A DNA stretch of 55,959 bases, taken from NCBI GenBank assembly GCA_005222975.1, contig NJBI01000015.1, positions 1 through 55,959 of the forward strand, written 5' to 3'. Both the position numbers and the translations under genes were made by a program. Shown in pieces: positions 1 to 9,756 of the stretch. The first letter of the stretch is position 1. Each line of letters starts with the position of its first letter. This DNA comes from Promethearchaeota archaeon Loki_b31 (GTDB lineage Archaea > Asgardarchaeota > Lokiarchaeia > Sigyniarchaeales > SOKP01). Below the pieces are notes generated by a model. The model was not told the DNA's origin, made no database searches, and saw nothing but the letters and a program-made list of their open reading frames with translations.

Positions 1-1
1 G

Positions 2-106
2 AAGAATGCAATTCGCGAGACTTTGGGCTTGAAAAGCGTTTTAGCGAAAGGTAAGAAACCCCCACAAAAGAAGAGTAGAAACAAAGAGAACAATTTTGTC
101 GGGTGA
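2..106 (+). CDS. 3' end of a CDS truncated by the window edge (basic C-terminal tail, product unknown)
   Basis: Open frame KNAIRETLGLKSVLAKGKKPPQKKSRNKENNFVG ending in TGA at 104-106, convergent with the 143..658 gene. Confidence 0.35.
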   Translation, partial: KNAIRETLGLKSVLAKGKKPPQKKSRNKENNFVG

Positions 107-142
107 AGATGAGTTTAAAAATATATGAAAAAAAAGATTTTT

Positions 143-658
143 TTAAGGTGTTGGTAACGCTGCAAGTACGCTAACATATGAACTGAGGAATAGAACCGCT
201 AATCCTGCAAGAATATTCAGCAATAGCGTGAGTATATTGAGCTTCTGCTTCTGTTCTGGTGTGAATTTCTTAACTCTATCCACAATCTGACTGCGGAACA
301 AACTTAAGAATATCATCACGAAGTATAACAAATGTTTGATACTCATAAGAATCGAGTATTCATTTCCAAAGCTTAAGAAGCCCGTGGATAACCCAGATAA
401 TACAGCTCTATTAGACATAAGTAACCCGGTAACTATCAACCCAATTATACTGATGTAGGTTAATAGACTAAGTTTTTTCTTTATCATAAAATTCAATGCT
501 TGAGTTTCTTTGGATTTACCAAGAACTTTCCTCATTGCAGGTAAAACGGTAAATGCAAGCGTCAACATACCCCCAATCCACAAAGCAGTAAATACATTGT
601 GGAGGAAGATAATCAAAATTGGAGCAATTATAGCAGATATAGGAGCCATAAGGATCAC
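143..658 (-). CDS. Small integral membrane protein with about 4 TM helices (CopD/DUF4149-like)
   Basis: Hydrophobic helices; H..F.A.WIGG motif near the N-terminus and a KH motif later; true start may be the ATG at 649. Confidence 0.6.
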   Translation of the reverse strand: MILMAPISAIIAPILIIFLHNVFTALWIGGMLTLAFTVLPAMRKVLGKSKETQALNFMIKKKLSLLTYISIIGLIVTGLLMSNRAVLSGLSTGFLSFGNEYSILMSIKHLLYFVMIFLSLFRSQIVDRVKKFTPEQKQKLNILTLLLNILAGLAVLFLSSYVSVLAALPTP

Positions 659-904
659 ATCTATTTTTAATTAAAATGTATAGTTAATCAAAATGGATTA
701 TTATGTGATATAATTTTTACTTTACCCGTAAAGGGAAACTCTTTTCTCCATTAAATTCTTCTAATTGAACCGTTCTATATTGAGTAAATATTTTTATATT
801 GCATAAATATAGCATAAAGCGATATAGCACGAATATAAAACCATGAATATTATGAATTGCTTATAGACATTAACAGAAATAAAAAATATATTAAAAAAAA
901 TTAA

Positions 905-2104
905 TTATTTAGTATTAGCTATTTCTCTGCCGAATTCTATGCATTTTTCCAAACTTTCATCATCAGGGTTCCACAAAGCGCGTATACCGTCGTTAATTAC
1001 AGAAAAACCGCTCTTTTCTAAATATTCCTTTATAACCTTTATTGATTCTCCACTCCATCCATAACAGCCGAATGACGCAGCTTTCTTGTTTTTAAAACGC
1101 ATTTCTCTAATCATCTCCAAAATTGCGGCAACACCAGTTAGAACTCCTCCACCAATAGTAGGTGATCCTACAAGGATAATCCTAGATTTAAAGATCTCTG
1201 TAATTAAGTCGTTTTTATCGGTTTTTGCTATATTATACAATTTAACATTAACTTTCTTATCAATTTCACGGATTCCTTTTGTAATTGCTTCGGCCATTCT
1301 TTTTGTTCCATTCCACATTGTACCGTATAATATTGTAATTTGGTTTTCTTGGTAATCGTTAGCCCAAGTTAAATACTTTTCTACGATTTGAGTTGGATTG
1401 TCTCTCCAAATAACTCCATGACTTGTTGCAATAATATCAATAGGGATTTTAAGATCTAAAACCTCTTTGATTTTTTTATCAACAAACATACTGAAAGGCG
1501 TGAGAATATTAGCATAATATTTTATACATTCCGCATAAAGTTCGTCTTGATCAACAAGATCGTTATACATAAATTCAGTGGCGTAATGTTGACCAAAAGC
1601 ATCGTTGCTGAATAATATATTGTCTTTGGTCAAATAACATGCCATACTATCAGGCCAATGAAGCATCTTCATTTCTACAAAGATTAATTGTTTACCATTT
1701 CCTAGATCTAACGTATCCCCCGTTTTTACTACTTGAAAATTCCAATCTTTATGATAATGTCCCTTTATTGACTTTACGCCATTTGCAGTACAATATATTG
1801 GCGTCTCTGGTATCTTTTTCATGAGTTCCGGAAGTGCTCCACTATGATCACTCTCTGCGTGATTTGTAATAACATAATCAATTTTACTTAAATCAATTTC
1901 TTTAGATAGATTCTCAACAAATTCTTTCGAAAAGGGCTTCCAAACAGTATCAATTAGTACAATTTTCTCTTCCTTAATTAAGTAGGAATTGTAAGTAGAA
2001 CCACGATTCGTGGAATATTCGTCTCCATGGAATTTTTGGAGTTCCCAATCTACTTTACCGACCCAATAAACGTTATTTTTTACTTTAAAGCTCGTATACA
2101 TCAC
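905..2104 (-). CDS. fprA: Flavodiiron protein (FprA/NorV-type O2/NO reductase)
   Basis: GSTYNSYLI, diiron motifs NHAESDHSG, MLHWPD, FSNDAFGQH and SHG; C-terminal flavodoxin domain (YGTMWNGT, GSPT, FGCYGWSGE). Confidence 0.95.
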   Translation of the reverse strand: MMYTSFKVKNNVYWVGKVDWELQKFHGDEYSTNRGSTYNSYLIKEEKIVLIDTVWKPFSKEFVENLSKEIDLSKIDYVITNHAESDHSGALPELMKKIPETPIYCTANGVKSIKGHYHKDWNFQVVKTGDTLDLGNGKQLIFVEMKMLHWPDSMACYLTKDNILFSNDAFGQHYATEFMYNDLVDQDELYAECIKYYANILTPFSMFVDKKIKEVLDLKIPIDIIATSHGVIWRDNPTQIVEKYLTWANDYQENQITILYGTMWNGTKRMAEAITKGIREIDKKVNVKLYNIAKTDKNDLITEIFKSRIILVGSPTIGGGVLTGVAAILEMIREMRFKNKKAASFGCYGWSGESIKVIKEYLEKSGFSVINDGIRALWNPDDESLEKCIEFGREIANTK

Positions 2105-2189
2105 CCAAATAATTTATTATTATTAATTTAATTAACAATATTTTTCTTCCTTTAAAAATAGCGTTTCTCTAAAATATTAGCGATTTTAG

Positions 2190-2927
2190 TTAGAAACGAT
2201 CTTTTCTTATTTTTTGTTTTGAAAGGTAATCGGCTAAATAAAGAGGTTCTGGTTGTCTATGGTTTTTAGTTGTTTTTAACGCAACTTTTATAGATAAATC
2301 TAAAATTGTTTTGTACCCAACGCTAATAAAGATAGGTTTCATACTATCGTTTAAACATACAGCATTTCCTATTAATTCTTGAGGTGAATCAGTTGCTTTT
2401 TTTGGATCATAAGCCCAGACTGGCACTTTATTCCCTTTTTCTCTCTTTAATGTTTTCCACTCTGAATATCCAATAAACATATTTTTTGCTACACCAAAAG
2501 TTGGGACATCTAAAGCTAAACCTAACTGTACCGCCTCTCCAAATCGTTTAGGATGGATAATTCCGTGGCCATCGCACATAATAATATCTGGCGTTTCTGG
2601 AAGCTTGTTTATAGCTTGTGCAAACAAGTTACACTCTCTAAAACCCAAAAAACCGGTTTTATAAGGGAATTTAATAATATCTTCCGCGAGACAATGATTT
2701 TCCATCTTATTATTAGTCAAATTCCAGAGAACCGCACATGAAACCCCCCACTCTTCATTTCCTTTGTTATAATAAGAAATATCTACCCCTACAACCCACT
2801 CAATATCTTTAATTTTTGTATGAATTACACTTTTTTGCCTTTTTTTTTTTAAAATTAAACTGTATTTCTTTTGAAGTGCTTCTGCTTCATCTGAAGAAAA
2901 GTCCTTTTGAAGTAATTCATACGTCAT
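2190..2927 (-). CDS. nfi: Endonuclease V (deoxyinosine 3' endonuclease)
   Basis: GVDISY, FPYKTGFLGFRE, DGHGIIHPKRFG, GVAK, PIFISVG and PEPLYLAD motifs. Confidence 0.93.
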   Translation of the reverse strand: MTYELLQKDFSSDEAEALQKKYSLILKKKRQKSVIHTKIKDIEWVVGVDISYYNKGNEEWGVSCAVLWNLTNNKMENHCLAEDIIKFPYKTGFLGFRECNLFAQAINKLPETPDIIMCDGHGIIHPKRFGEAVQLGLALDVPTFGVAKNMFIGYSEWKTLKREKGNKVPVWAYDPKKATDSPQELIGNAVCLNDSMKPIFISVGYKTILDLSIKVALKTTKNHRQPEPLYLADYLSKQKIRKDRF

Positions 2928-2990
2928 TGATAATCAATATATTAATCGTTATATTTATTATAAATTAATATACTAATCAAGTGAAATAAA

Positions 2991-3581
2991 ATGTTTCATA
3001 ACATCCCAGAACTCGTAATAAGAAGAATGAGATATTTAGAGGGTCTTGATTCTAAAGATAGAGCTAATGGAACGCCTCGGATGGAAAGATTGCGAAAAAT
3101 ACCGGCTGAAACTGGTAAATTTCTCGCGATTTTAGCAGCTTCTGCACCAGAAGGACAAATCTTAGAAATCGGAACCAGTGCTGGCTATTCCACACTATGG
3201 ATAGCTTTAGCATGCATGAAAAGGAATATTAAAATTAAAACCTATGAAATTTTGGAGAAAAAAATACAAATTGCTAAAGAGACATTTCGAGAGAGTAAAA
3301 TGGAGAAATATATTGAATTAATTGAGGGGGATGCTCTCAATTATTTGACAACTGAAAAAAATGTATCGTTTTGTTTTTTGGATGCTGAAAAAGAAATTTA
3401 TGAAGAATGTTATGATTTAATAATACCAAAGTTGATACAAGGAGGATTGTTGGTAGCTGACAATGCAATAAATCACTATGAGACATTAAAGCCTATGATA
3501 AATAAAGCATTGTCTGACAAACGTGTAGACGCTATGATTGTACCAATTGGAAAAGGAGAATTATTATGTAGGAAAAATTAA
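2991..3581 (+). CDS. SAM-dependent O-methyltransferase (family 3 / YrrM-like)
   Basis: [22 protein letters not shown] and GGLLVADN motifs. Confidence 0.9.
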   Translation: MFHNIPELVIRRMRYLEGLDSKDRANGTPRMERLRKIPAETGKFLAILAASAPEGQILEIGTSAGYSTLWIALACMKRNIKIKTYEILEKKIQIAKETFRESKMEKYIELIEGDALNYLTTEKNVSFCFLDAEKEIYEECYDLIIPKLIQGGLLVADNAINHYETLKPMINKALSDKRVDAMIVPIGKGELLCRKN

Positions 3582-3811
3582 ATTAAACAAAAATTATTTT
3601 AGGAATTATTTACTAAATAAGTTGAGAAATTAAATTCAGGTTAGGACTAAACGAGGAAATGATTAGATTTAGTACCCCTACAACCCATTCAATATCTTTA
3701 ATTAAGGATATAATCTTTTTTGACTTAATATTATAAAAAAAATCAAAGTTTAAGAAAAATACTTATCTTTTTGCTGTACTCATTAAACCAATAAAAAAGG
3801 TTTCAAAAGAA

Positions 3812-5884
3812 ATGGCTGAACGAAAATTAAAGTGGGACAAGTTAATTGGGCTCTCAGAAGAAGAAATTAACCAAAAAGCACAAGAAATTCTTTCACATAT
3901 GACTATAAAAGAAAAAACATGGCAGATGGTTGGAGATGGTGAACTTGGTATTCATGATGAGAGTTCGGAGAGTTCGGAAACAAGATATAATTATAAACCT
4001 GTCCCTGCTGGTGTTGATAAGAATCTTGGAATTCCCGGTATTGAATTCACTGATGGTCCTAGAGGTGTTGCATTGGGTAATTCCACTTGTTTTCCTGTTT
4101 CTATGGCAAGGGGGGCAACTTGGGATTTGGAACTAGAGAAAAATATAGGAAATGCGATCGGAATCGAAGCAAAAGCTCAAGGAGCTAATTATTTTGGTGG
4201 CGTTTGCATTAACCTTCTGAGACATCCCGCATGGGGTAGGGCTCAAGAAACTTATGGCGAAGATACTTTCCATCTTGGAGCCTTTGGAGTGGCCCTCATA
4301 AAAGGAACGCAGAAGCATGTAATGTCATGTGCAAAACATTACGCGTGTAATAGCATGGAGAACATGCGATTTGATGTTGATGTAAAAATAGATGAACGGA
4401 CCTTAAGGGAAGTGTATCTTTGGCATTTTAAAAAATGCGTCGAAGCAGGTGTAACATCCATTATGAATGCATATAACAAGGTCAATGGAAAATACTGTGG
4501 CCACAATTCTCATCTTTTACGCGATATATTAAAAACTGATTGGAATTTCAAAGGTTTTGTAGTTACAGATTTTGTCCGGGGCATTCGAAACGGAATGGAT
4601 GCAATAAATGCTGGAGTTGATATTGAGATGCCTTTTGGAATTCATATGAAACCAATAAAGCTGAAAAGGTTATTAGAGAAAGGGAAAATTTCGGAAGAGC
4701 AAATTAATGAGGCCGTTTTAAGAATACTGAGATTAAAATTAAAATTTGCACATGAAGGAGATCCAGCGATATATAATACAGATAAAGTTGCGTGCAAAAA
4801 GCATATCCAGCTTGCATTAGATGCCGCGAGGAAAAGTATAGTACTACTAAAAAATGAGGAAAGTCTACTTCCACTAAGAAAAAAGAATATTAAAAAAATT
4901 GCAGTGATGGGAAAGCTTGCAGACACACCTAATATCGGAGACAATGGCAGTAGCAGGGTTTATCCGCCTTACGTAATAACTCCTCTCGAGGGAATCAAAA
5001 ATTCTGCCGGAAATACTATAGAAATAATGCACAACGATGGAGGAAACCTTGAGCATGTTGAAAAATTAGCTCGTCAAACTGACGCTGTAATCATTGTTGT
5101 AGGTAATACAAGCAATGACGAAGGCGAATATATTCCTCCTTTAGGAGGAGATAGGGATTCGCTTGAATTGGACGAGGAAGACGAAAAACTAATATTAGCG
5201 GTTGCTTCAGCAAACAAGAAATCTATTGTTGTATTAGAAGGGGGAAGTTCAATAATAGTAGAATCTTGGAAAGATAATGTTCCAGCAATATTAATGGCGT
5301 GGTATCCTGGAATGGAGGGTGGCACAGCAATTGGGGAGATTATTTTTGGAAAATTTAATCCGTGTGGTAAGCTTCCCATTGTATTTCCTAAATCAGAAGA
5401 TCAGCTTCCCTTCTTTGACAAATATGCAAAATCTATTGAATATGGATATTATCATGGATACAAGTTAATGGATAAAAATGGATATGAACCTGCTTTCCCT
5501 TTTGGACATGGACTAAGTTATACAACTTACACTTATAAAAATCTTCGCAAGAATAAAGAAGCTATTTCCAAAAATGCTGAAATAGAATTTAATGTGGATA
5601 TTACGAACGATGGACATATATCCGGAGAAGAAATCGTACAATTATACATAAGTTATAATAATTCTTCGGTTGATCGGCCAATTAAAGAATTAAAAGGATT
5701 TGGGAAGGTATACTTGAACCCTGGAGAAATTAAAACATTAACCTTAAATCTTAAAGCAGAAGACCTATCGTATTACGATTCTAATAAGAAGAAATGGGTT
5801 ATTGAACCAATAGAATATATTGCGCACTTTGGACCCTCTTCTAAAGAGGAGAGTTTTATATCAACATCGTTTAGAATAACATAA
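3812..5884 (+). CDS. Glycoside hydrolase family 3 beta-glucosidase with C-terminal Fn3-like domain
   Basis: TDGPRG, WGRAQETYGED, KHYACN, nucleophile motif VVTDF, AWYPGMEGG, FPFGHGLSYT and KELKGF; no signal peptide. Confidence 0.95.
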   Translation: MAERKLKWDKLIGLSEEEINQKAQEILSHMTIKEKTWQMVGDGELGIHDESSESSETRYNYKPVPAGVDKNLGIPGIEFTDGPRGVALGNSTCFPVSMARGATWDLELEKNIGNAIGIEAKAQGANYFGGVCINLLRHPAWGRAQETYGEDTFHLGAFGVALIKGTQKHVMSCAKHYACNSMENMRFDVDVKIDERTLREVYLWHFKKCVEAGVTSIMNAYNKVNGKYCGHNSHLLRDILKTDWNFKGFVVTDFVRGIRNGMDAINAGVDIEMPFGIHMKPIKLKRLLEKGKISEEQINEAVLRILRLKLKFAHEGDPAIYNTDKVACKKHIQLALDAARKSIVLLKNEESLLPLRKKNIKKIAVMGKLADTPNIGDNGSSRVYPPYVITPLEGIKNSAGNTIEIMHNDGGNLEHVEKLARQTDAVIIVVGNTSNDEGEYIPPLGGDRDSLELDEEDEKLILAVASANKKSIVVLEGGSSIIVESWKDNVPAILMAWYPGMEGGTAIGEIIFGKFNPCGKLPIVFPKSEDQLPFFDKYAKSIEYGYYHGYKLMDKNGYEPAFPFGHGLSYTTYTYKNLRKNKEAISKNAEIEFNVDITNDGHISGEEIVQLYISYNNSSVDRPIKELKGFGKVYLNPGEIKTLTLNLKAEDLSYYDSNKKKWVIEPIEYIAHFGPSSKEESFISTSFRIT

Positions 5885-5977
5885 ATTGATAGAACACCTA
5901 AAAAGGAAAAAAATCTTGATTAAAGTGATATTCTACGATATCCAAATTTTCAGAGTGTTTGGAAAGGAATATCCTCT

Positions 5978-6352
5978 TTACTGTATTTTCTTAGAATTCT
6001 TTTGAAACCATTCTTTAAGTTCATCAAATTTTCTTAATCCTTGTGCAACATTCATAGTCATACGATAAATTTCGCCTTCAGGTGGAAAAAATTCATATCC
6101 CTTTTTATCTAAGAAGATATATGCTAATAAAGAACCTATTTTTTTATTTCCTTCAGAGAAATTATGATTCTCTACAATTTCCTTATATAAAGTAGCAACT
6201 TGATCCCAAATAGTCGGAGCGTTTTGGAAAGGAATGCCCCATTTTACTTTATCAAGTGTAGATATCACTCCTTGGCGATTCATTAAATGTCCTATCTTAA
6301 TCTGATCTTCGAATAAAACTTCAATATATTCAACTGAAGGAATCCAAACCAC
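5978..6352 (-). CDS. Fic/Doc-family (death-on-curing-like) toxin
   Basis: 124 aa; HNFSEGNKKIG matches the Doc motif HxFx[DE]GNKR apart from R->K; GTG start overlaps the upstream TAG. Confidence 0.8.
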   Translation of the reverse strand: MVWIPSVEYIEVLFEDQIKIGHLMNRQGVISTLDKVKWGIPFQNAPTIWDQVATLYKEIVENHNFSEGNKKIGSLLAYIFLDKKGYEFFPPEGEIYRMTMNVAQGLRKFDELKEWFQKNSKKIQ

Positions 6353-6615
6353 TAATCTTCACCAAGTTTTCTCCATTCTTCACTATATTTTTCCATGAAT
6401 GTCTTTACAATTTCTCGATCTCTTTCTAATTCTTCTATAGCTCCCTTTTTTTCACTTTCTAAAAATTCCTTAAAATAATTCTGAATTAAATAGCGAATAA
6501 CTTCAGCGTCATTTTGTATCCCTAAAGAGGATTTAATTATATTGAAACGTGTTGAAAGATTGCCTTTTAACTCTGTATGTACCACTTTTGGTTTTTCTTT
6601 CTCCATTAAAACCAC
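6352..6615 (-). CDS. Putative antitoxin (RHH-like N-terminus, acidic amphipathic C-terminal helix)
   Basis: 87 aa, translationally coupled upstream of the Doc-like gene; C-terminal FMEKYSEEWRKLG resembles Doc-neutralising helices. Confidence 0.65.
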   Translation of the reverse strand: MVLMEKEKPKVVHTELKGNLSTRFNIIKSSLGIQNDAEVIRYLIQNYFKEFLESEKKGAIEELERDREIVKTFMEKYSEEWRKLGED

Positions 6616-6640
6616 TTAAAAATTTAAAAATAATTTTATA

Positions 6641-6699
6641 TTTACAATATATTACAATTTATTATAAATTAAAGGTTTTTGTAATAAATAATTTGTAAA
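6641..6699 (-). promoter_or_regulatory. Putative TA promoter: TATA box flanked by paired inverted TTACAA/TTGTAA boxes
   Basis: TTTACAA (6641) and ATTACAA (6651) mirrored by TTGTAAT (6679) and TTGTAAA (6693) around minus-strand TTTATAAT at 6661-6668. Confidence 0.45.
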
Positions 6700-6927
6700 A
6701 TTTCATTTTCGAATTTTAAAAAGCAAAATATTGGTTCTTTAATATAAATATTAAAAATTTATTGATTACATAACTTATGTGAATTATACTTTAGAAGCTC
6801 TTAAGATTCAAAAATGGTTGGATATTCATCAATATCATATATTAAGTATCAAGATAACGATCAAACATTTTGGCATATGCATTTTTAAGTCCGATAATCT
6901 TAAATATAAGAGAATGTTTCGATACCT

Positions 6928-7401
6928 ATGAAATCTCTATTGGTTTTGCTTTCATACCATCACAATAATACTGAGAAAATCGCTAATGTCTTCGCAAAAG
7001 TTCTTGATGCACAAATAAAAACGCCACAGCAAATAAACCCTGAAGAGCTTCAAGAGTATAGTCTAATAGGCTTTGGCTCAGGGATATATGGTGCAAAACA
7101 CCATAAAGATCTGCTTGACCTTGCCGATAAACTACCACAAGTCACCAACAAGAAAGCATTCATTTTCTCAACCAGTGCAATGACAGGAGAAGCCAAAGTC
7201 GCCAAAGATCATTCGCTGCTTAGGGAAAAACTGCAATCGAAAGGTTACATGATCGTTGATGAATTTGCTTGTAAAGGTTTTAACACTAATAGTTTCATGA
7301 AATATTTTGGGGGAATGAATAAGGGTAGACCTAATGCTGAAGACCTCAAACATGCGGAAGAGTTTGCTCAGAACCTGAAGCAGAACCTGCAAAAGAAGTG
7401 A
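6928..7401 (+). CDS. Flavodoxin family protein
   Basis: SYHHNNTEKIA, GFGSGIY, FSTS, F.CKGF and GRPNAEDL motifs. Confidence 0.88.
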   Translation: MKSLLVLLSYHHNNTEKIANVFAKVLDAQIKTPQQINPEELQEYSLIGFGSGIYGAKHHKDLLDLADKLPQVTNKKAFIFSTSAMTGEAKVAKDHSLLREKLQSKGYMIVDEFACKGFNTNSFMKYFGGMNKGRPNAEDLKHAEEFAQNLKQNLQKK

Positions 7402-7444
7402 AACTTGAACACATGAATTACAAGTTTTATCCCTCTACCGAAGC

Positions 7445-8443
7445 CTAAGGAAACTCATTTTTCTTACTGTCAATAGTTATTACTAATTTTCCTTGGTGGT
7501 GTCCTTCTTCAAGGTACCGGAAAGCTTCAGCAACCTCACCTAACGGGTAACATCTATCTATAATAGGGACTATCTTGCCGGCTTCAAAAAGCTCAGTCAA
7601 AAAAACCAGATCTTCTTTTTTGTTTGGTTTCCACATCACGATACTCATTTTCTTACTCCTTGAAATCAATGATCCTAGGAACATAGCTTTGAAAACTCGA
7701 GCCATTGAACCTCCGACCATGCGTAAAACTCCCTTGGGATTCAAAGCACGCTTATAATCGGAAATCGAACGAGATACCACAACATCAAGAATCAGGTCAT
7801 AACGCTGCCCACTTTTGGTGAAATCTTCTTGAGTGTAATCAATGACCTGGTCTGCACCAATGGAGCGCACCATGTCCAATTTCTCCGTGCTGTCCACGCC
7901 AGTCACTTCAGCCCCGAATAATTTGGCAATCTGCACCGCAAATGTACCCACACCACCACCCGCACCATTAATCAAAACCTTTTGACCTGGTTGAATCTGA
8001 CTTTTATCGCGAAGACCCTGCAAGGCGAGGATTGCTGCTTGAGGTAGGGTCGCTGCTTCCTCGAATGTCATGCTGGCCGATTTCAGCGCTAATGGTTTTT
8101 CAGGAACACATACATACTCAGCAAAAGCGCCAAAACCACACACGGATAAGTCCACGAATATATCATCACCTGGCTGAAACTGCTTTACATTTCTGCCAAC
8201 TGCTTCAACCCGCCCCGCTATGTCAGATCCGAGTATCTTATATCTTGGTTTTCGAAGCCCCCCGATGCGGACCATTGGCCTCCCTCTGAGGTAATCCAAA
8301 TCAGCAGCATTTAAGGATGCCGCATGAACTTTGACCAGTACTTCATTGTCCTTGGGAGTAGGTTTATCTACCTCTTTGAGCTGAAGAACATCCGGAGGCC
8401 CGTATTTTGTGCATACAATCGCTTTCATTTTTTTATTTTCCAT
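7445..8443 (-). CDS. MDR-family NAD(P)-dependent oxidoreductase (quinone reductase-like, no catalytic Zn motif)
   Basis: YGPPDVL, GSDIAG, VLINGAGGGVG, GADQVIDY and GKLVI motifs. Confidence 0.92.
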   Translation of the reverse strand: MENKKMKAIVCTKYGPPDVLQLKEVDKPTPKDNEVLVKVHAASLNAADLDYLRGRPMVRIGGLRKPRYKILGSDIAGRVEAVGRNVKQFQPGDDIFVDLSVCGFGAFAEYVCVPEKPLALKSASMTFEEAATLPQAAILALQGLRDKSQIQPGQKVLINGAGGGVGTFAVQIAKLFGAEVTGVDSTEKLDMVRSIGADQVIDYTQEDFTKSGQRYDLILDVVVSRSISDYKRALNPKGVLRMVGGSMARVFKAMFLGSLISRSKKMSIVMWKPNKKEDLVFLTELFEAGKIVPIIDRCYPLGEVAEAFRYLEEGHHQGKLVITIDSKKNEFP

Positions 8444-8474
8444 TTTTTACTATTTTATTACTTCTAAAAGGAAA

Positions 8475-8972
8475 TTATAACATTTGATTATTTTCATTCT
8501 TTTTTTTATTCTCAATAAAAAACTCAATAAAATCATTAGAATAAGCTTTAACTAATTCGAAAGCTCCATTCTCTAAGGCTAATTCTGCTTTATTTAGCTT
8601 TAAACTAAGTATTGGTGGATAGATCATTTCAGCGTTTGTATTCTCTTGAAGAGAGTCAATCCAGAATGGTTCCATTTTAACATCGGAAGGTGCAATATAA
8701 AAACCTGATAACATTTTAAGACTATGATTGTTAATTTTTGAAATTTCAAAGTATTTTCGCACCCAATTTTGAATTTCCATACTTGGTATTGTTTCACTTA
8801 TGATATCTCCAATAATCAAGTAATCTAACTTCTCTTCTAACAACAAAGAGGGATCTATCTTTTTAGCAGTTCCTACTGATACATCAATGTAATCTTCCAA
8901 GCGATCTTGGAGCCTCTCAGCAATTATCTTTAAGAAACCAATTTCTTCTTTATATATTATCCATAGTTTCAT
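8475..8972 (-). CDS. Hypothetical protein, degenerate flavodoxin-like fold
   Basis: N-terminal MKLWIIY...G..K.IAE.L and DYLIIG pattern of flavodoxins, without the Ser/Thr-rich FMN phosphate loop. Confidence 0.5.
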   Translation of the reverse strand: MKLWIIYKEEIGFLKIIAERLQDRLEDYIDVSVGTAKKIDPSLLLEEKLDYLIIGDIISETIPSMEIQNWVRKYFEISKINNHSLKMLSGFYIAPSDVKMEPFWIDSLQENTNAEMIYPPILSLKLNKAELALENGAFELVKAYSNDFIEFFIENKKKNENNQML

Positions 8973-9033
8973 TATTATTCACGTGATTTTATTTTGTATT
9001 AAAAAAAAAATTAGTTAAAGACGAAAACGTCCT

Positions 9034-9756
9034 TTATTCTTCAGATGTGTTCATTTCAGTTATCTTTGCGGCCCTCGACAGACGGTAGACCTTCCATCCG
9101 AAGAGGGGAAGGAAGATGAGATTGACAAAGACGGTAGATCCCATTAATTGCATTCCTATTAGTCCCGGGACAAACAGACTGGCAAACACACCCACTAACC
9201 CGATCACTCCGAGGACAATGCTCACCCTCCCGAAGCGTCTGCCAAAGGCCGTGGCTCCAAGCATGGCCACGCCGAGGGCGATGAAACCTATCATCATGAA
9301 TAGGCCCCCTAAGAAGAAGAATGTGGAAGTTATTCCCATGGTCGTTTGCCACAAAAGGACGACCGTCGCCTGCGTCTCGGGCGTCGCGCCAGAAGCGTGA
9401 TAAAGGTCAGAGAGCGGGGCGAAAGCGACAATCGTGGACGCATCTCCAAGAGCGATTACGATGTAACCTATAACACCCAATACGCTTCCGATTAGGGCGA
9501 TTGTTTGGCTGGTTCTCTGGAGGGTCCGATATAAGACCAGAACAAAGGCTATCGACAGAAATGCGGTCGCCATGGACAGACTAATGCTCAAAGCGATAGC
9601 CATTCTGGCGTCGGGGAACGTCATCAGCCCCTCGGGGGTAAAAGGATCTACAAGAGCGTATAATGGCATGCCGACAATGAAGACGATGACAGCCAGGATA
9701 CCGGCTAGACCACCCCATCGCAGGACGCTTTTCTCATTCTCCATAGACTCTTCCAC
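9034..9756 (-). CDS. Multi-pass membrane protein (DUF4386-like)
   Basis: About 6 hydrophobic helices and an RWGGLAGI start motif; GC-rich codon use; true start probably the ATG at 9744. Confidence 0.65.
   Translation of the reverse strand: MEESMENEKSVLRWGGLAGILAVIVFIVGMPLYALVDPFTPEGLMTFPDARMAIALSISLSMATAFLSIAFVLVLYRTLQRTSQTIALIGSVLGVIGYIVIALGDASTIVAFAPLSDLYHASGATPETQATVVLLWQTTMGITSTFFFLGGLFMMIGFIALGVAMLGATAFGRRFGRVSIVLGVIGLVGVFASLFVPGLIGMQLMGSTVFVNLIFLPLFGWKVYRLSRAAKITEMNTSEE

Noticed and set aside
7402-7426. attC-like site (AACTTG...CAAGTT) suggesting integron cassettes
   Set aside because: Too short, lacks proper R and L boxes, and is not repeated after neighbouring genes; more likely a terminator between convergent genes
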